Source of the DNA: Malacoraja senta
Taxonomy: Eukaryota
Assembly (NCBI GenBank): GCA_038087875.1
Contig: CM075994.1
Coordinates: 10,604,001-10,668,000, forward strand
Length of the DNA stretch: 64,000 bases
Reading direction: 5' to 3'
Shown: in pieces, positions 60,835-64,000 of the stretch
Position numbering within the stretch: the first letter of the stretch is position 1
Layout: every line of letters begins with the position of its first letter
Translations under genes and position numbers: made by a program
Notes under the pieces: generated by a model
The model's input: the letters and a program-made list of their open reading frames with translations, nothing else
The model's database searches: none
What the model was told of the DNA's origin: nothing

Positions 60835-61101
60835 TAAAGCTTCCAAACTACACAGCCAATTTCAATTCGTATGCGTATGTGGGGCTTGGGATAATAATTT
60901 ACTCTGACCTGGGATGGTGGCTCGGGCTTTGGCATTGATGGGGACATTATGGACGTTACTCATCAAATTGGCCAGCGTTTTGTCACGGGCGGTGATTTTA
61001 AACTCGAGCCCTGCAAGAGCCCACGGAATTTGCTAAAATGACACAATTTAAAGGATGCTTTTATGTACAGGATGAAGGGATGACCATGGATTTTTTTAAT
61101 T

Positions 61102-62160
<1,059 letters not shown>

Positions 62161-62239
62161 CTGTGAAGCAAGCAGACGTGATGTTAACAGGATCTGAAAT
62201 CACCACGAGGATAGTAACATCACCACATTTAGTTTCTAC

Positions 62240-62950
62240 ATCTGGGATCTGGGGGGGTCCTTGTTCATCATTCAATGAAAGTAAGCATTCTGGTACAGCA
62301 GGCAGGGAAGAAAGCGAATGATATGTTGACCGTCATAACAAGAGGTGGAATATAGAACCAAAGAGGTCCTCCTGCAGCTGTACAGGCCCCTAGTGAGACC
62401 ACACCTGGAGCATTGTGTGCAGTTTTGTCCAGTAATTTGAGGAAGGACATTCTTGCTATTGCGAGAGTGCAGTGTAGGTTCACAAGGTTAATTCCCGGGA
62501 TGGCGGGACTGTCATATGCTGAGAGAATGGAGTGGCTGGGCTTGTATACACTGGAATTTAGAAGGATGAGAGGGTATCTTATTGAAACATAAGATTATTA
62601 AGGGTTTGGACACGCTAGAGGCAGGAAACATGTTCCCGATGTTGGGGGAGTCCAGAACCAGGGGCCACAGTTTAAGAATAAGGAGCAAGCCATTTAGAAC
62701 GGAGACGAGGAAACACTTTTTCTCACAGAGAGTGGTGAGTCTGTGGAATTCTCTGCTCAGAGGGCAGTGGAGGCAGGTTCTCTGGATACTTTCAAGAGAG
62801 AGCTAGATAGGGCTCTTAAAAACAGCGGAGTCAGGGGATATGGGGAGAAGGCAGGAACAGGGTACTGATTGGGGATGATCAGCCATGATCACATTGAATG
62901 GCGGTGCTGGCTTGAAGGGCCGAATGGCCTACTCCTGCACCTATTGTCTA
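62240..62950 (+). mobile_element. CR1 3' fragment in the tubulin intron
   Basis: CR1 RT C-terminus and 3' UTR. Confidence 0.85.
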
Positions 62951-63754
62951 CATCTATAGACACCTCACTGTCACATCGCTGCAAACAAGTTATTTTTTTA
63001 CAAAAACCATCAGCCAACATATTAACAAAACTGTTGCTTCACAGTTCCTGTGACTTGGGATCAATGCTGCCTTCCAGTGCTCCGTGGAACGTCCATATGT
63101 TCTTGAATGAATACGTTTATTGGCCAAGTATTCACATACAAGGAATTTGCCTTGGTGCTCCGCCCGCAAGTGACAGCATGACATAGTGACAGTTAGGAAT
63201 GACACATAAAAACATTAATAATAAAACATTATCGATTAAACATGTGAATTAAATAAAATACCTGAGCAAAAGGAGGCTACAGGTTTTTGGTTATTGAGTA
63301 GAGCAACTACTTGTGGAAAAAAACAGTTTTTGTCTGTCTGTGGCAGCTTTGACAGTCCGGAGTCGCCTTCCAGAGGAAGTGATTCAAAGAGTTTGTGGCC
63401 AGGGTGAGAGGGTCAGATATGATCTTACGCGCTCGCTTCCTGGCCCTTGCAGTGTACAGTTCGTCAAGGTTCTCAGCTGATGGAGAAGGTGAGGACAGAC
63501 TCTACGATGGCCGTATAGAATTGGACCATCATTGCATGTGGTAGATTGTGCTTCCTCAGCTGCCGCAGGAAGTACATCCTCTGTTGTGCCTTTTTGACTG
63601 TGGAGTCGATGGTAGCCCCCACTTAAGGTCCTTGGAGATGATGATTCCCAGGAACTTAAAAGACTCCACAGATGTGACTGTGGTGTTGTTGCTGGTGTGG
63701 GGTGAGGGGGAGCTCTCCTAAAGTCTACAATCAAAATTCCACTGTCTTAGGAGC

Positions 63755-63857
63755 ATTGAGAATCTTAAGAGCATGGAAAATCTTAAGAGCATTGAAAATC
63801 TTAAGAGCATGGAAAATCTTAAGAGCATTGAAAATCTTAAGAGCATTGAAAATCTTC
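63755..63857. repeat. 18-bp tandem repeat (AAAATCTTAAGAGCAT[TG]G), about 5.5 units
   Basis: Directly visible. Confidence 0.9.
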
Positions 63858-64000
63858 CATCAAATTTCCCCTATACGAAAAAGTAAAATGATACCCAAAT
63901 CCCTCTCCTCTCCCCCTCCCCACCAGCACTTGGAATAGAAGGCAGTCACATAAACATCAATGAATTTTTGGAACAGGTGCTTTTGAGATATCACAGTGGC

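Overview
Repeat-rich vertebrate genomic DNA, most likely a skate or ray (inferred from HE1-type V-SINEs and abundant shark/ray-type CR1 LINEs), with a 200-N gap at 45077-45276. Three protein-coding genes can be read by hand. (1) The last ten exons of CCHCR1 (+, 2947-30849). (2) The large protease exon of a FAM111-family gene (-, 34672-36509), with a candidate CpG-island first exon at about 48937-49025 next to a 47-bp YY1-motif array. (3) The terminal exon of a class I-like beta-tubulin (-, 61102-62160). CCHCR1 plus TUBB suggests the MHC class I-syntenic region. FAM111 and TUBB carry 1-bp homopolymer frameshifts, which could be assembly error or decay. The rest is mostly mobile DNA: CR1, Rex1/Babar, L2 and RTE retroelements, V-SINEs, Penelope elements whose tails carry minimal hammerhead ribozyme motifs, a Passport-like Tc1, Harbinger and hAT MITEs (two hAT copies carry a captured CYB561D-like coding fragment), and a tandem Helitron-like block. 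Most ORFs in the supplied track are transposon pieces or spurious. All family and gene assignments come from recalled sequence similarity, not database searches.
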